63,992 nucleotides of DNA from Rhynchobatus australiae (taxonomy: Eukaryota). Positions 13,301 to 26,524 of this stretch are shown piece by piece; the first letter of the stretch is position 1; the number at the start of each line of letters is the position of its first letter. The stretch lies in contig JAUZTB010000063.1 of assembly GCA_034780895.1 (NCBI GenBank), positions 9,886,278 to 9,950,269 of the forward strand, in the 5' to 3' direction. The position numbers and the translations under genes are program-made. Under the pieces are notes generated by a model. It did no database searches and was not told where the DNA came from. It saw only the letters and a program-made list of their open reading frames with translations.

Positions 13301-14070
13301 NNNNNNNNNNNNNNNNNNNNNNNNNNNNNNNNNNNNNNNNNNNNNNNNNNNNNNNNNNNNNNNNNNNNNNNNNNNNNNNNNNNNNNNNNNNNNNNNNNNN
13401 NNNNNNNNNNNNNNNNNNNNNNNNNNNNNNNNNNNNNNNNNNNNNNNNNNNNNNNNNNNNNNNNNNNNNNNNNNNNNNNNNNNNNNNNNNNNNNNNNNNN
13501 NNNNNNNNNNNNNNNNNNNNNNNNNNNNNNNNNNNNNNNNNNNNNNNNNNNNNNNNNNNNNNNNNNNNNNNNNNNNNNNNNNNNNNNNNNNNNNNNNNNN
13601 NNNNNNNNNNNNNNNNNNNNNNNNNNNNNNNNNNNNNNNNNNNNNNNNNNNNNNNNNNNNNNNNNNNNNNNNNNNNNNNNNNNNNNNNNNNNNNNNNNNN
13701 NNNNNNNNNNNNNNNNNNNNNNNNNNNNNNNNNNNNNNNNNNNNNNNNNNNNNNNNNNNNNNNNNNNNNNNNNNNNNNNNNNNNNNNNNNNNNNNNNNNN
13801 NNNNNNNNNNNNNNNNNNNNNNNNNNNNNNNNNNNNNNNNNNNNNNNNNNNNNNNNNNNNNNNNNNNNNNNNNNNNNNNNNNNNNNNNNNNNNNNNNNNN
13901 NNNNNNNNNNNNNNNNNNNNNNNNNNNNNNNNNNNNNNNNNNNNNNNNNNNNNNNNNNNNNNNNNNTATGGTCTGAGTGCAAGTCGATGGGACTAGGCAG
14001 AAAATTAGGTCAGCATGGACTAGATGGGCCGAAGTGCCTGTTTCGGTGCTGTAGTGCTCTATGACTGTAA
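10400..14070 (+). mobile_element. Long (about 3.7 kb) decayed CR1 LINE with ORF1 esterase and ORF2 endonuclease/RT remnants
   Basis: ORF1 VIEDSLVR..LPGARV.D..QPEVVVH and LHLN (SGNH-like). Endonuclease YDVIAINETW and YYRPPNS. RT YMDFSKA, GVLQGSVL and KFADDT (13229-13246). 3' tail gggccgaagtgcctgtttcggtgctgta. Many stops and frameshifts, two gaps. Confidence 0.9.
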
Positions 14071-15309
14071 TGTTCTGAAAGGTCTTGCTGTATGTGTTTG
14101 AACAAAACTGTCCCTTTTGATAGCACCAGCAATTTGTATTTAGTTTTGCTGCTAATGATACTTGGATCAGATTAAAAAATGAAAACAGCTCATGAGATGG
14201 TAATTTTTTAAAGAACTGGAGAAGTAAACAATATCCTTTTGTATCAGCTCTATCAGCACTGGACCAGAAAAAATAACATGACCCAAGAAATTTATATTTC
14301 AGTTTTACTGCTGCAGATCAGTGTTTCCAAAAATGCATGAATTTATCAACATCTGAGAAGGTGAAGAAATTGAGAAAGGACTGGGGGGTGGGGAGGGATG
14401 GGAAGGTGTGGGGAATGAAAACAGCTGTTGAGGAAAAGAGCTCAGTAATTGAGGGACAGACCACCAGAGGTGTAAAGGGCAAAAAGTAGACTGGTGCTGG
14501 AAATGCAGAGAATGCGTGAATGGGTTTCAGGCTGGGAAAGATCACAGGGAGGGGAGGGACTATTTTGTGATTCGAAGATGTGGTCTAAAGCTGTTTGGGA
14601 TGCAACATACCAAAGTGAACTGGCAAGCCTGCTGTTGAGTGAGAATGTTGACATGTGGTTGTTTTAATGTACAAGAACATTAGATAAATAGTCTTGACAT
14701 GATTAATTTAGATTAAAACTTAATACTATAGGATGCTACTCAAATTCTTGTCAAATTCTCCAGTCTTAATCAGAAATTCGTCAGTGATTTTAGTAGAGGA
14801 TGTCGAATATAGGAGGCAATTTAAAGAAAACATTTTGCTGTGTTGGGTGGATTAAAATTGCAATTAGTAGAAAGTGTGCCTGAGATTTTCTTAAATTTTT
14901 GGGCAGTTACTTATGAAAATTAGCCAGGGCACTTGCAATTGATGGCTATTAGGTTTGTGACCAGAAGACGATGGCATCCACATATATTTGCTTCCCTGTA
15001 ATGTTAAAATCAGTCCCTTCATTTCAACAATAAATGTTGTTCTTAATTCATTTCACAGGTTTTATCTATCAGTTACCCATCCCTTATTCACCTTGAATGC
15101 AATAGTGAGACTACACCTTGAATTCTTGATTGCATATTTTCTCATGACATAAAAGGAAGCAAATATATTTCTCCCACTGATGTCCTTCTGGTGAAGGTAC
15201 TCTCCCAGTATGGTTTGGTTCTAAACTCCTCTTCATGGGTCAACATAAAGATGCCATATTGAGTCAAATAAATGAGGAACACACTCTCCTCGCCTAAACC
15301 AGAGAACTT

Positions 15310-15502
15310 GTCCTAAAGCATGAGGTTGAGGTTGTAGGCAGATACATTAGGGACATTCGAGAGACTCTTAGATAGACACATGAATGATAGAAAGATGGAG
15401 GGCTATGTGGGAGGGAAGGGTTAGATAGATCTTAGAGCAGGATAAAATGTCGGCAAAACATCGTGGACCGAAGGACCGCTGTGCTGTAATGTTCTATGTT
15501 CA
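15310..15502 (+). mobile_element. CR1 3' end
   Basis: gtaggcagatacattagggacattcgagagactcttagatagacacatg...gtgctgtaatgttctatgttc. Confidence 0.7.
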
Positions 15503-15780
15503 TTGCTTGAAGATTAACTCAAAGTATTGTACTATCGTGAGTGAAGCATTTGATTACTGTTTATTAGTATGGAGCATTTTGGTTAGTGTTTCACCTACAC
15601 ATAGGAATGCAACTCTGGATGTCAGAGTAAAGAGACAATCTTGTTCATCTGATTAGAGCTATGTAATTGTGCTACATATCCCTTGTGATTCATTGAAGAA
15701 TTTTTGTAGATTGAACCACTATTTTGTTTCAAATTTGTTTATTGGAAAACTTGCTAAGTGTATTGTTTCTTTTTCCCTAG

Positions 15781-15843
15781 AAGAAAAGGAAAAGAAGAGC
15801 GAAAGATGATGACGCCATCAGTCTTTGCAGCCTAGATATTAAG
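15781..15843 (+). CDS. NET1: NET1 long-isoform NLS exon: (K)KRKRRAKDDDAISLCSLDIK
   Basis: Acceptor tttctttttccctag|AAG and donor AAG|gtataa. Matches human KRKRREKDDDVVSLSSLDLK. Phase 0 at both ends. Confidence 0.93.
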
Positions 15844-17479
15844 GTATAATGGCATGCTTCATAGCCCAACAAAATGGGTTTAACCTGTGAGATTTGATTG
15901 CTATATTTTTGAAGATGTCTTGGAGTTGTGGAAAGTATACTCAATTAAGGTGGATGACTAGTTATTATAACTCGATTGTTACACAGGGATACCTTAAAAT
16001 TTCAAAAATTGTTCATGAGACAATTGTGTACATGATATTGATGTACAAACATGAAGCACATTCTTAAAGAATGTATTGTATTACTGCAAGAACTTCCCTT
16101 TTTCCCCTCTATAGCTATTTCTTTCTTAAACTTTTGGTATGGCCACTCATCCAGTGAGTCATGCCAGGCAGATATCTCCCCAGTTGGTTGTTCATGTTGC
16201 AGTCTTGGGATTGAATGCTTGTGGAATTATCATAATTAAGCCCAGTCCTATTTTACCTTGATCATTACTGGGTAAGTACTACTGGAAATGTGATTTGATG
16301 GTCAAGTGATGGGAGTCTGAAACAAAAGCCTTCTATTCACTCCTATTACTGCTCTTCCCACCAATGCAGCTGAAATTAGATGCATAAAATAGGAATGTTC
16401 TACTTATTGCTGAATTAACTGATTTCATACAACTCGTCGTATTAAAGGCACTAAGAGTTGTAGGTTAGAAAAAGGGTAATATCTAAAGTTCATCTTATTG
16501 CTAACATTTGCTGAGAATGCCCATATATACACATCAAATTAAGTCAGAATGTCTCTCCTGGTGCTCATTTTCAAAATTGAAATCCTCTGCAACAACTTCT
16601 GCAACATGTTTTGTGATCTTGTCCCAGACTATAATATTTTAAGCCCATAATTGGAAGTTGTGAAATCTTATTTCACTTGGAAAGAAGCACAGGATTCAGT
16701 GCAGCAATAGTCTGAGTTACTGAACATTTGTTTCTGGCAGCATTAACTCCATATTCTACTGATAGGAATACTTGAATACTTCTTTCTGCCATTTAACCCA
16801 TTCTCCAATAGCTACAGCCCATTCTTGTCAACCAATTTGATCTGAGCGTGAATCTTTCTTAATTTTGACGGTACTTGGGTTGAAAATACTCCGCTTAGTG
16901 TTGGAATTTCACCATATGGATTTGTATTATTGCCTGTTTACAAGCAACCTGAGCTATATTAGCAGCCAGTGTTCCTTTTAAACCTTGGCCAGAGAATACC
17001 TTGGTGCATGTGTTGATTAACATGGATTCATGGAAACAAATTGTTTCACTCAGTTACATTCTTACTAAGTTGCTTGCTTCTAATTTTCTATCCCCATTAT
17101 TTCACTAAGAATCTGTAGCTAGAGTATGTAAAAAGTGCAAGAACACCAATTATTCCATTGCATATTCAGCAATTTTTCTCAGTTGGTTTCTGTCTGTTTC
17201 TTTTATATTTTTGTGAGGGAGCATGTTGCCAAACTAAGGTATGGTTTAAAAGGGGTCCTCTTGGTGTACATTTTTGTCATACTAAGAGCAGCTTAGTATG
17301 AGCTGCTACCCCATTTGTGAACAGCTGATTATCACTGCTCACATTAGCAGTAATCGTTTTTTTCCTCTTTTGCTAATAATGATTCAGCAGTCTGTTNNNN
17401 NNNNNNNNNNNNNNNNNNNNNNNNNNNNNNNNNNNNNNNNNNNNNNNNNNNNNNNNNNNNNNNNAAGAGCTGCGTCCTG

Positions 17480-18875
17480 AACCACAGTGTGGATTTTGTC
17501 CATCTCTAGGTACAGTGGACATGATCTTCATTGCTCGACAACTCTAAAGGAAATTCAGAGAGCACAACCAACCACTGTACATGGCCTAGAGAAACAAAGG
17601 ACTGCAGATGCTGAAATCTAGAACTATACATGGCCTTTTTAGAACTTATAAAAGCATTTGACTCCAACTGAGCAGACTGTAAACCACTCTCCTCGTACAT
17701 GGCTGCCTTCGGAGCCAGTCTCTGTGAAGACTGGTGTCAAATGAAGCTATTATTGCCACGAGATTTCGTTTTGATCATTCTCACTGCAACGCTGCACTTG
17801 CATCAAACAAATTTCCAATGGGAGTAGTCTAATCTTCAGAACCAATAGGAATCAGTTCAATCTAATGAATACACTTTGGGGACCAAGATCATCCTAAGCT
17901 TAGTAGTCAAATTGCAGTTTGTAGACTGTTTGCACATGCTCAGAGGCCAAGGTCCAAGCAGTCATCAACGTTCTCACTAAAGTATGTGAGAGTATGCCTC
18001 AACATGCACAACATCAAGGTCCTCTGACAACATTTTACCCCCTTCACCCCACCTCCCCTCCCCTCACACCACCATCTGATAAAAGTTCACACTCAGCCCC
18101 CTGAAAACAAGAACCAGTTTTCATATTTTGGAAGCTACCTCTCTGAGAAGGTCATCAGTGATGAAATTTACCATCACCGTCAATGTTCCAGCACAGACAT
18201 TGGTTAAATGAGATGGTGTTTGAAGATCAAGATCTTAGACCTGGCACAAAACTCCATGGACTACAGCAACAGTGATCCCTGCCCCTTCTATATGCTTCTG
18301 AGACCTGGATTAGCTACAGAGGGCATCTCAAAGCACTGGAAATATAACACCAATGACTTTTCTGCAAGATCCTCCAAGTTCACTGGATGGTTAAGTAAAC
18401 CAATGCTACTGTCCTCTCCCAGGCTAATATTCCCAGTACTGATGTCCTGGTTACACCCAGTTGGCTCTGTTGGGCCAGTCATGTTGTTTGCTTGCCAGTT
18501 GCATAACTTCAGAATTGCACACTATTCTAAGCTCCGCCATGGGAAAAGATTACCAGGCAGACGGAGGAAAGTATTCAAATATGAGGCCTCTTGGGGGGGG
18601 GAACATGCAATATTCCCACCAAGTTTTGTGAATCTCTCGTCTGTAACTTTTTAAAGTTGGGAAGGAGAATTCAGAGAGCCTCAAAGCCATATATTGGAAG
18701 GATACAGAAGCTGAACATGTGATAGAAGTAACACATTACTTCGTACTACCCACCTGCCTCCTGCACCATCTGAAAAAGCCTGTGGTTCCTACATAGTCCT
18801 CATCAGTCTCCTCAAAACTCAAAAACCAAAGTGAAATAAATTAATCCTAAAATCTGAGGGACTGCCCAAGAAGAT
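17480..18875 (+). mobile_element. Degenerate RTE-clade LINE (RT to 3' end)
   Basis: Decayed MAFLELIKAFDS, KTGVK, LQFVD, FSYFGS and YSKLRHGKRLPGRRRK motifs in the expected order. Confidence 0.72.
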
Positions 18876-19899
18876 CAGTTGTTGAATTGGAGTCCTCTCC
18901 CATGGCTGCCTCTTAAAATAAGAAAAAACCTCAATGAGAGAGCACCTGTGGAGGGGGAATAACAGTTAACGTTCCAGTTAACGATGATTTTTCACAGAAA
19001 CTGGTTTTAAAATTGAAGTTGGGAAGGGAAGAGAACGCAAGGGATCAAATGGAAGGCAGGGAAGGTTAAAAAGCAAAAGGAGTATTGGGTTGGGTTAAAG
19101 AAGGTGAATGACAAAAGTTTGGTTTGAAGGTGGTATAATTGGGACAAGTAGATTAATGATTTTTTTTTAACCAAAAGAGGAATTAAATACTTTTGCATTA
19201 CACATTTCCAAAGTGACCTGTGAATAGTGATCATGAAATGGAGACAAAACCTAAGGTTTGATAGTCCATTGTCAGCATACACAGGTTTTGGATTAAACCC
19301 ATAATTTTCCCTATATGGCTCAGGTTGCTATGTTGGTAGAAGGATTCATTATTTACTTTTAACTAAGTATTTGAGAGGGGGGGGGTGGAAGAGAGAGACA
19401 GAGAGAGATCTTTAAATCTTGTGGCGATCCCATGGAATGATAAGAGTGCCAAAATAAAATTTAAATGCTCTTTTCAAGTTGAGCAATTTACCACACTGAA
19501 TGGAAAAATGGGAGGAAATAAATATAAAATTGGCACAAATAATGGAAAGTACTCTGAACTTCAAAGAATAGTCTTCTTTTTAGTTGCAGATCTTTCTCAT
19601 GTGAAATAAACCAGCGCATCTAGGTTAAAATAATTGCTTTGGTGTTGAAATATACAACTTGGTTATATTTGCATATAGTGATGTCATGAAAGTTATTCTG
19701 TTTTATGTTGTGCATAATTGTAGTAGCAGGTTTATATCACATTGTATTGAAACCAGATCACTTTGGCTTGTTTTTTTGAAGCCAGCAAGTACTCTAAACA
19801 AAAAATTTATTTTGTTGAGACATTCCTTCCCATAAGAGCTCTTTAATGTACAAAATGTACGGATAAGTTTTGAATTGATAATTTGCATTAGGATATGGA

Positions 19900-20280
19900 T
19901 TGACAATTGGGTTTTCACATAGAAGAGAGTGTTAGAATAAATGGGTATTTTTTCAGGCTGGCAGAATATAACTAATGGAGTGCCCAAGAATCTGTTCTTG
20001 GCCCCCAATTTATTTTTTAGGTATATGAGGTTAGCCAAATAGGTTGAGAAAGTGGGCAAAAGCTTGGCAAATGGAATTTGAAGGCCATGGTTAGAAATTT
20101 TTAAATGATTTACAAAGGCATTTCTTGAAGGAGATGAATCCCTGGAATTTCTGATCACAGGATTGTAAAGCCATTTAAAGAGGAAATTAAGAAATTTAGA
20201 ATGCTGTGGAGTTGGCATTGAGGCTTGGGGACGGATCAGACATGAGGGGCCAGATGTCCTGTTCCTACTTGTGTTCTGAT
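19900..20280 (+). mobile_element. Highly decayed CR1 fragments
   Basis: GYFSGWQNITNGVPKNLFL-like motif and a CR1 tail at 20230-20280. Confidence 0.55.
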
Positions 20281-20897
20281 TAAAATACCTTGACCATTAT
20301 AATATGCAGTTAATATTTTATACAATGAATAGCTCAGTCTTTTCTAACAATATCCCTACCGACTAATCAATAAACTAATTTTCAGTAGGTTAATGTTGAA
20401 TCTGAAGCTCCAGCATCTCCCATTTCTGTTCACTTTCTGTATTCATGTTGGGCACCAGGTGAAACTTTGTACAGAAAGCTGCTCCTGACATTCTGCTCAT
20501 GTGCTAATTGATACAAACAAGTAATCAAGGAGAATCCAGCCGGCTCGGCAAAATGGCGCAATAGTTCAATACCTTCACTGGGCTTTGTGACTAAGATTGA
20601 GAAATTATCAGGAACCATTGCCATCCCCCAACAAATGTGTATGGTCTGTCAAATGCTAGTATTAATCTCCCTTCTTTGTGGTGCATAAGCAGTACTAATT
20701 ATTTTTGGTTATACTGTGGCGGAAATAACAAAGAATCTTGAACAGTTTTAAACGCAGAACTGAAATCTTTGCTGTAAAATGGATCCAATCTGCTAGTTGC
20801 AGATTTCAGAAAGGTTTAAAGAAAAAATCATTGAAAAATAAAACATTGCAAGTTCATGCAGCAGGCACTAGGGATCACCACTACCTCCATATAGGAA

Positions 20898-21334
20898 AGA
20901 AACAAAGGACTGCAGATCTGGAATCTGGATGAAAAACACTATGATGCTGGAGGAACTCAGCAGGCCAGGCAGCATCCCTGGAGAAAAGCAGGCAGTCAAC
21001 ATTTCAGGTCCGACCCTTTTAGACAACAAAGGTGGTGCTGTGGTAGTCTGGCGTACTGAACTCTACCTTGCAGAGGCCAGGCACCAACTCTTGAACACTT
21101 CCTCCTACCTACCCCTGAACCATAACCCCACTGAGGACCACCAGGACATTATCTCCTGCACCATCACTGACCTCATCACCTCAGGAGATCTCCCCTCCAC
21201 AGCTACCAACATGCTAGTCCCTCAAGCCAGGACTGCCTGCTTCTATCTCCTTCCCAAAATCCACACCTGAAGAAAGGTCCTGACCTGAAACGTGACTGCC
21301 TACTTTTCTCCACTGATGCTGCCTGACCTGCTGA
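20898..21334 (+). mobile_element. Penelope-like element: RT fragment enclosed by inverted pseudo-LTR arms
   Basis: NKGGAVVVWRTELYLAEARHQL...FYLLPKIH (21021-21266) matches the PLE DKGG...FYLLPKIHK signature. Arm 20957-21020 is the reverse complement of arm 21273-21334. Confidence 0.85.
21267..21296 (+). ncRNA. Minimal hammerhead-ribozyme-like motif in the PLE arm (probably inactivated copy)
   Basis: CTGAAGA-A-AGGT(cctg)ACCT-GAAA-CGT gives core boxes CUGANGA and GAAA around a 4-bp helix II. The cleavage triplet reads GUG rather than GUH. Confidence 0.55.
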
Positions 21335-22857
21335 CAACCTCTATATATCTTTTCAAATTAACATACTATCCTTACTTAGCAATGTCTCTCTGTCCTTTAT
21401 TGTCATTGGGTATAAATCTACCCAACACCATTAAAAGAATGGATAGCAATAATTCAAGAGGGTAACTCATTGCTATCTTCTCAAGGGCAAAAAATACTGG
21501 CAAAGCCAAAAATGTCCACATCCTGAAAAATTAGTTTGTAAAAATGAAAATGTAAATTGAGGTCAGGTAAAAAGACTGGCACCTCATACTAACAGGTTTA
21601 TTAATTAGTTGAAATATCATAAGGTCAAGTAATGGAGCAGTTTTTTCTATGTTTCTGTGATTTTTTTTAACCAACTTTCTTTAAATGCATAATGCACATG
21701 TAGTGACATTTGCACCCTACCATATCTACCATGAAATCAAACAAATTCAGTCACTACATGAGGCTGGGATTAGATTGTAACTGCTTTAACAGAGTCCTAT
21801 TTTGTGTACTGGGGTAAATCTGTACTGCATTAATGTCTTGCAGAATATGGAACAAACAATATGAAGTTTCGTGCATTAGGATGTAATGATATATTAAAAT
21901 ATTCTGTATTACTATGACTGCTTATGTATAATAGCACTGTTTGTATTTCAGAAACGTAAGGCTGGTACAATTGAAAAGTGTATTCAAGCATTATTTTTGG
22001 CTAATGAGCCATATAGTGACACCATCAGTGAACTATGTACAGCACGAACCTGTCAAATACCTTACCCAGGTGACACAACACTTGAGACCCAGCAATACAG
22101 GAGTGCACTCCTAATAATAGATTATGCTAAAGAAAGGTTTCACTTGTGGGAGCCAAGTGAACAAAGGATACTCTGTAAAATTACAGATTTGTATGTCTAC
22201 CAAGTTTTAAATTTCTGTCAACATGTACATGCGTTGAAGTTACAAGGTCATCTTTCTTCAATACGTCTGGTACTTTCAATTGCGTGATAACATGTAGTTT
22301 GCTGCTCCTGTTACACCTCTCTGGAGGAGTCTGGTTCCCTCATCAGCAGTGATGCACTGACAATTGTTTAATTTTGAAAGCTTTGCCAAATCAAAAGCTT
22401 TGCTAAAAACTTATTGGGTATTTTTACTTGCTTCACTTTTTCCCGTCACATAACTCGCACTGGGATTTCATTTGGTGTGAACAGACCTTCTTTGCAAACC
22501 TGAAGAGTTGAGGCTGAGCACTCAATTAAATAATTCACCAAGATTTCACCAGTTAGGCACTTGAAAGCAAGAACTTCTAAATAGTGATGAGCAGCAAAAT
22601 AATTCCCAGTATCACACAGCTTTTAATTGCACGGTACAACTAAAGTGGCTTATCGTTGATCTGAATAGGGTAATGTAATTGTTACGATTGGCTTTGTAAG
22701 CACTTGCTAACAGCAGCATCTACAGTCCATTTGAGGTCCATTTTGTTTTTCCCTCAGGCAATAGAACAAAGACTGAACTTGAATTTTTCCTTGTTTAACT
22801 CATTCCCTAACATTTAAAATAATTTTAAAAGTCAGCACCTTTCAGAGCTTGGAGCCA

Positions 22858-22982
22858 TAAGAGACTGGAGATGCTGGAATCTAGAGCAACATGCAAAGCA
22901 TTAGAGGAACTCTGGATCTGGCAGCGTCTGAGGAGGGAAACAGACTGTTAACGTTGGGATGAAGCCCTTCATCTGGACTGGA
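22858..22982 (-). repeat. Solo PLE pseudo-LTR-type repeat
   Basis: agatgctggaatct...gaggaactc...ggcagcgtctg...gcccttcatctggactg. Same family as 20898. Confidence 0.65.
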
Positions 22983-24544
22983 GCCGTGCTTTGTGTGTTG
23001 ACCTTTACTGAGCTAATCTTCCATAATTGCTTCAACTTTCAGCATTACCCTATTAATAACAGATAAAAATGGAATTTCCCCCTGTTAATGATAGGATTGA
23101 GGTACATTTGTGATATTTTAGTTGGGAACAATATGATTTTTAAAATAGAAAAAAAAATGGCATTCATTTTGGATGATGCAAAAAGCTTGATTGAATATGC
23201 TGTTAGAGGAGATGAAGATAGAGAAGGTTGTGAATTCCAGGATGTGATGGGTTGGCATCACAAGATTGGGTGGATTGCAGGGAAATTTGAAGGAAGCCTC
23301 AGCTGGGAAAAGTGTTCTGGTTGCATAGGGCCTGTAGCCCAATAAAATGGCAGCAGTAGAGGAGGGCAGCAAGGCTGTGAAAAGGGTTAAAAACAAGGAT
23401 GAGAATTTTTTCAGTTGGATGATCAGTGCATGTCAGTATAGTGAAAAATGACCACATAGGTGAAGTGCTTGTGTAGCTCCACCAAAGTAACACATTAAAA
23501 TGGATTCAACATAAGCTCCAATTTCCTGCTGATTAAATGCCTCTTAAAGTCATTGATAGCAGAAAGAGAATAGTTGTACATTCAGCAGCATTAACATAGC
23601 ACTTCAGCCTGGAAGCAAGTAGCACTGGAAGTATCCTGTCCTGGAGCAAATCATGCACATTCATGACGGAGCTTCTCACTTTACACAAACTATAGTCACA
23701 TTCCATGTAACATAAGAAACAGGAGTTACCGTAGTCAATAATGCCCTTCAAGTCTATTCTTCCATTCATTATTGCTGGAGGCTTATCTTCTACCTCAGCA
23801 CCATTTTTCCAGCACCATCCCAAAATTCTTTTATGCCCAGAAATCTATTAACTTGTTTTGAACAAGTACAATGACTGAATCACCACAGCCCTCTGGGGTA
23901 GCGAATTCAAATCGTATACATACACTATTCCCACCTTTACTGATGTGCATATATCCTCCAACTTAAAAGTTCAATCAGGAAATGTTCTTTTCCTTATTCT
24001 GAAACTGTGTCCCTTATTCTAGCCAAAGTAAGTTTTTTTTTCCTCTTTGTCTAGTCTGTCAAGTCTTTTGAGTATTTGTAAGTTAAGATGACACCGTTTA
24101 CTTTTTTTAAATCTGGAGGACGCCGTCAACTTTTGCTCATGTGGCATATCCAGTCCAGTGAATTTTCATTCCATGACGAGTGCATTCTTGGGTGAGGAGA
24201 CCAAAACACCACATTATTCAGGTCTGGTCTCACCATGGCCCAGGAATTGCAGTAAGACTTCCTTACTACAGTGTTCAAATCCTTGTGATATAAGTTAACA
24301 TACCATTTGTCCTTTTGCTTGCTATGCTTGCATTCAGTGACTTATGCACAAACGCATCTCTGTATCTGACTATCAGCATTGCCCAGTTTCATATTCTACT
24401 CGTTTCATATTCTATGTTCTAGCTTACAACCCTGTGGTATGAACATAGAATTTTACAAATTCTGTAACACACATCCCCAGCGTTCTTTACATGCACAGAC
24501 TAACACGCACACACTCTCCCCTGCCCACCTTGTTTTCTTTGCCA

Positions 24545-24840
24545 TTTGTTCACCTTTCCCACCCTCTACCCTGGCTGGTTCCCTCTACCCATCAGCCCCT
24601 TCCCATCTGGTTGCAGCTTTCACCTATCAGCCTCTAGTTCCACCCCCCCCCCACCACCCTCTCCCAAATCATGCTCCGATATACTTGCAGTCTTTCCTCT
24701 TGCTTGTCAGTCCCGATGCAGAGTCTCAACCCAAAATATTGATTTAACATCTTTTGCTTCGACAGATGTTGACTGACCCACTGAGTTCTTCCAGCATTCA
24801 GTTTTAGTTCTGAATTCCAGCATCTTTAGTCTCTTTATTT
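24545..24840 (+). repeat. PLE pseudo-LTR-type repeat
   Basis: C-rich tract followed by agtcccgatgcagagtctcaacccaaaa...gacccactgagttcttccagcat...ttccagcatct. Confidence 0.65.
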
Positions 24841-25342
24841 TCTACCCAGTCCTTCACCACCTAACAAACACTCAAATTTTCTGTTACATTAATGTAGATG
24901 CATGTCGTATCTGCCACATTTTTGCCCATTCATTCAGCTTGTCCATAATCCCCTTCTGTCTCTTAATATCCTCCTCCATACTTAATGCCACTGAGCTTGG
25001 TATAGTCAACAAGGTTAGAAATATGATATTTGGTCTGCTCAGCCAAATCATGCAAACAAGTTGTGAAAGTACCAATAGTCACAGCTTGCCAACATGAGAA
25101 TGATCTGTTTATTACTGTACTCTTCTTTCTATCTTATAACAATGTCAGCGTATTAGTGTGGAACCTTTAGTGTTCAGAAATCCAAATGCATAGGATCCAT
25201 TGATTCTCCTACATTTATTCTATAGTCACATGCTCATAGATTAGTCAGATGTGATTTGCCTTTCATAAATCTATATCAGCTCTGCTCAATTCTATTCTTT
25301 TCAAGGTGTTCTATTTATTATATCTTTCATTATAAGTTCTAA

Positions 25343-25727
25343 GTGGGAGAGTCTGGACCAGTCACTGACCCTGGAGGAGCTGACTGGCTCCATCCGTTCC
25401 TTTGACGAATAAAACTCCCGGAAGTGACGGCTTACTGGCTGAGTTGTACTCAGCTCTGTGGGACTGGATCGGCCCGGACCTGCTGGAAGTGTACAACGCG
25501 ATGCTTCGGGCCGGCAGCATGTCAGAATCCATGAGGAAGGGCACTGTCACCCNNNNNNNNNNNNNNNNNNNNNNNNNNNNNNNNNNNNNNNNNNNNNNNN
25601 NNNNNNNNNNNNNNNNNNNNNNNNNNNNNNNNNNNNNNNNNNNNNNNNNNNNAAGGTTTGAACTGTTTTATTATTGTATATAGTTTCTTTTTTTATTATG
25701 AATAAAGTTTCTTTTGTTTAAAAAAAA
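25343..25727 (+). mobile_element. 5'-truncated Tx1/L1-clade LINE (middle in a gap)
   Basis: LTLEEL...NKTPGSDGLLAELYSALWDWIGPDLLEVYN..L..GSMSESMRKG. CpGs retained. Ends with aataaa and an A-tail. ataagttc is duplicated on both flanks. Confidence 0.8.
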
Positions 25728-26524
25728 TAAGTTCCAGCATTTTCCATACCACTGACATTAGGCTAACAGATCTGTAGTTCCTGTTTTCTCTCTCCCTCCT
25801 TTCTTAAATAGGGTCACATTTGCCACCCTTGAATCCACAGAAACAATTTCAGAATCTATAGAACTTTGAAACTCATTGCATCTATTTTCTCTAAAGCCAT
25901 CTCTTTCAAAACTATGGGATGTAAATGATCAGATCCTTTGTCCAGGACTTTATTGACTAATACAAAGTTCTTTCATTCCCTTACTCTTGCTGGACACCTA
26001 ATCCTGTCATGTATCTGGCAGGTTTTGTGTGTCTTCAGTGAAGACAGGTACAGAGTAATTGTTTAATTCCTCTGCCATTTCCTCATTGTCCATTATAAAT
26101 TCAAATGTGTATGTCCATTCAGGCCTGCACTTGCATCTGCATGTATGTTTCTCATCAGTCTATTCTCATCAGCAAGGAGTAGGGGAATCTCTCCATCTAC
26201 ACAGTTTAATAGCCGAGTACACTTAACTACTTTCAGCCTAATGCTGATGGTCCATGGACACATCTTCTGAACTTGATTTGCTTTTCAATTCCATTGGTCT
26301 CACTATGCTATTTAACCATTTCTAAACTCAGAAGTAAGCTGGGTAATCTAGTTCCAAGACCCTACAAATGCTATGACGACATCTGGGAGGGATAATTGTT
26401 GTCTTGCCCTTGTATAGATGAAATATTGTAGACACATTGTAGAGATCCTGAAATAATTAACAGCATCTGATATGTCTGGAAGCAGAGGTNNNNNNNNNNA
26501 ATTCAAATATTTACTTATTGTAAG

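Larger units (their letters stand above)
23710..26110 (-). mobile_element. Decayed CR1 LINE interrupted by PLE and Tx1 insertions
   Basis: 3' tail at 23710. MDKLNEWAKMWQ near 24915-24950. NYRSVSLMSVVWKMLE read on the minus strand near 25730-25780. Confidence 0.75.
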
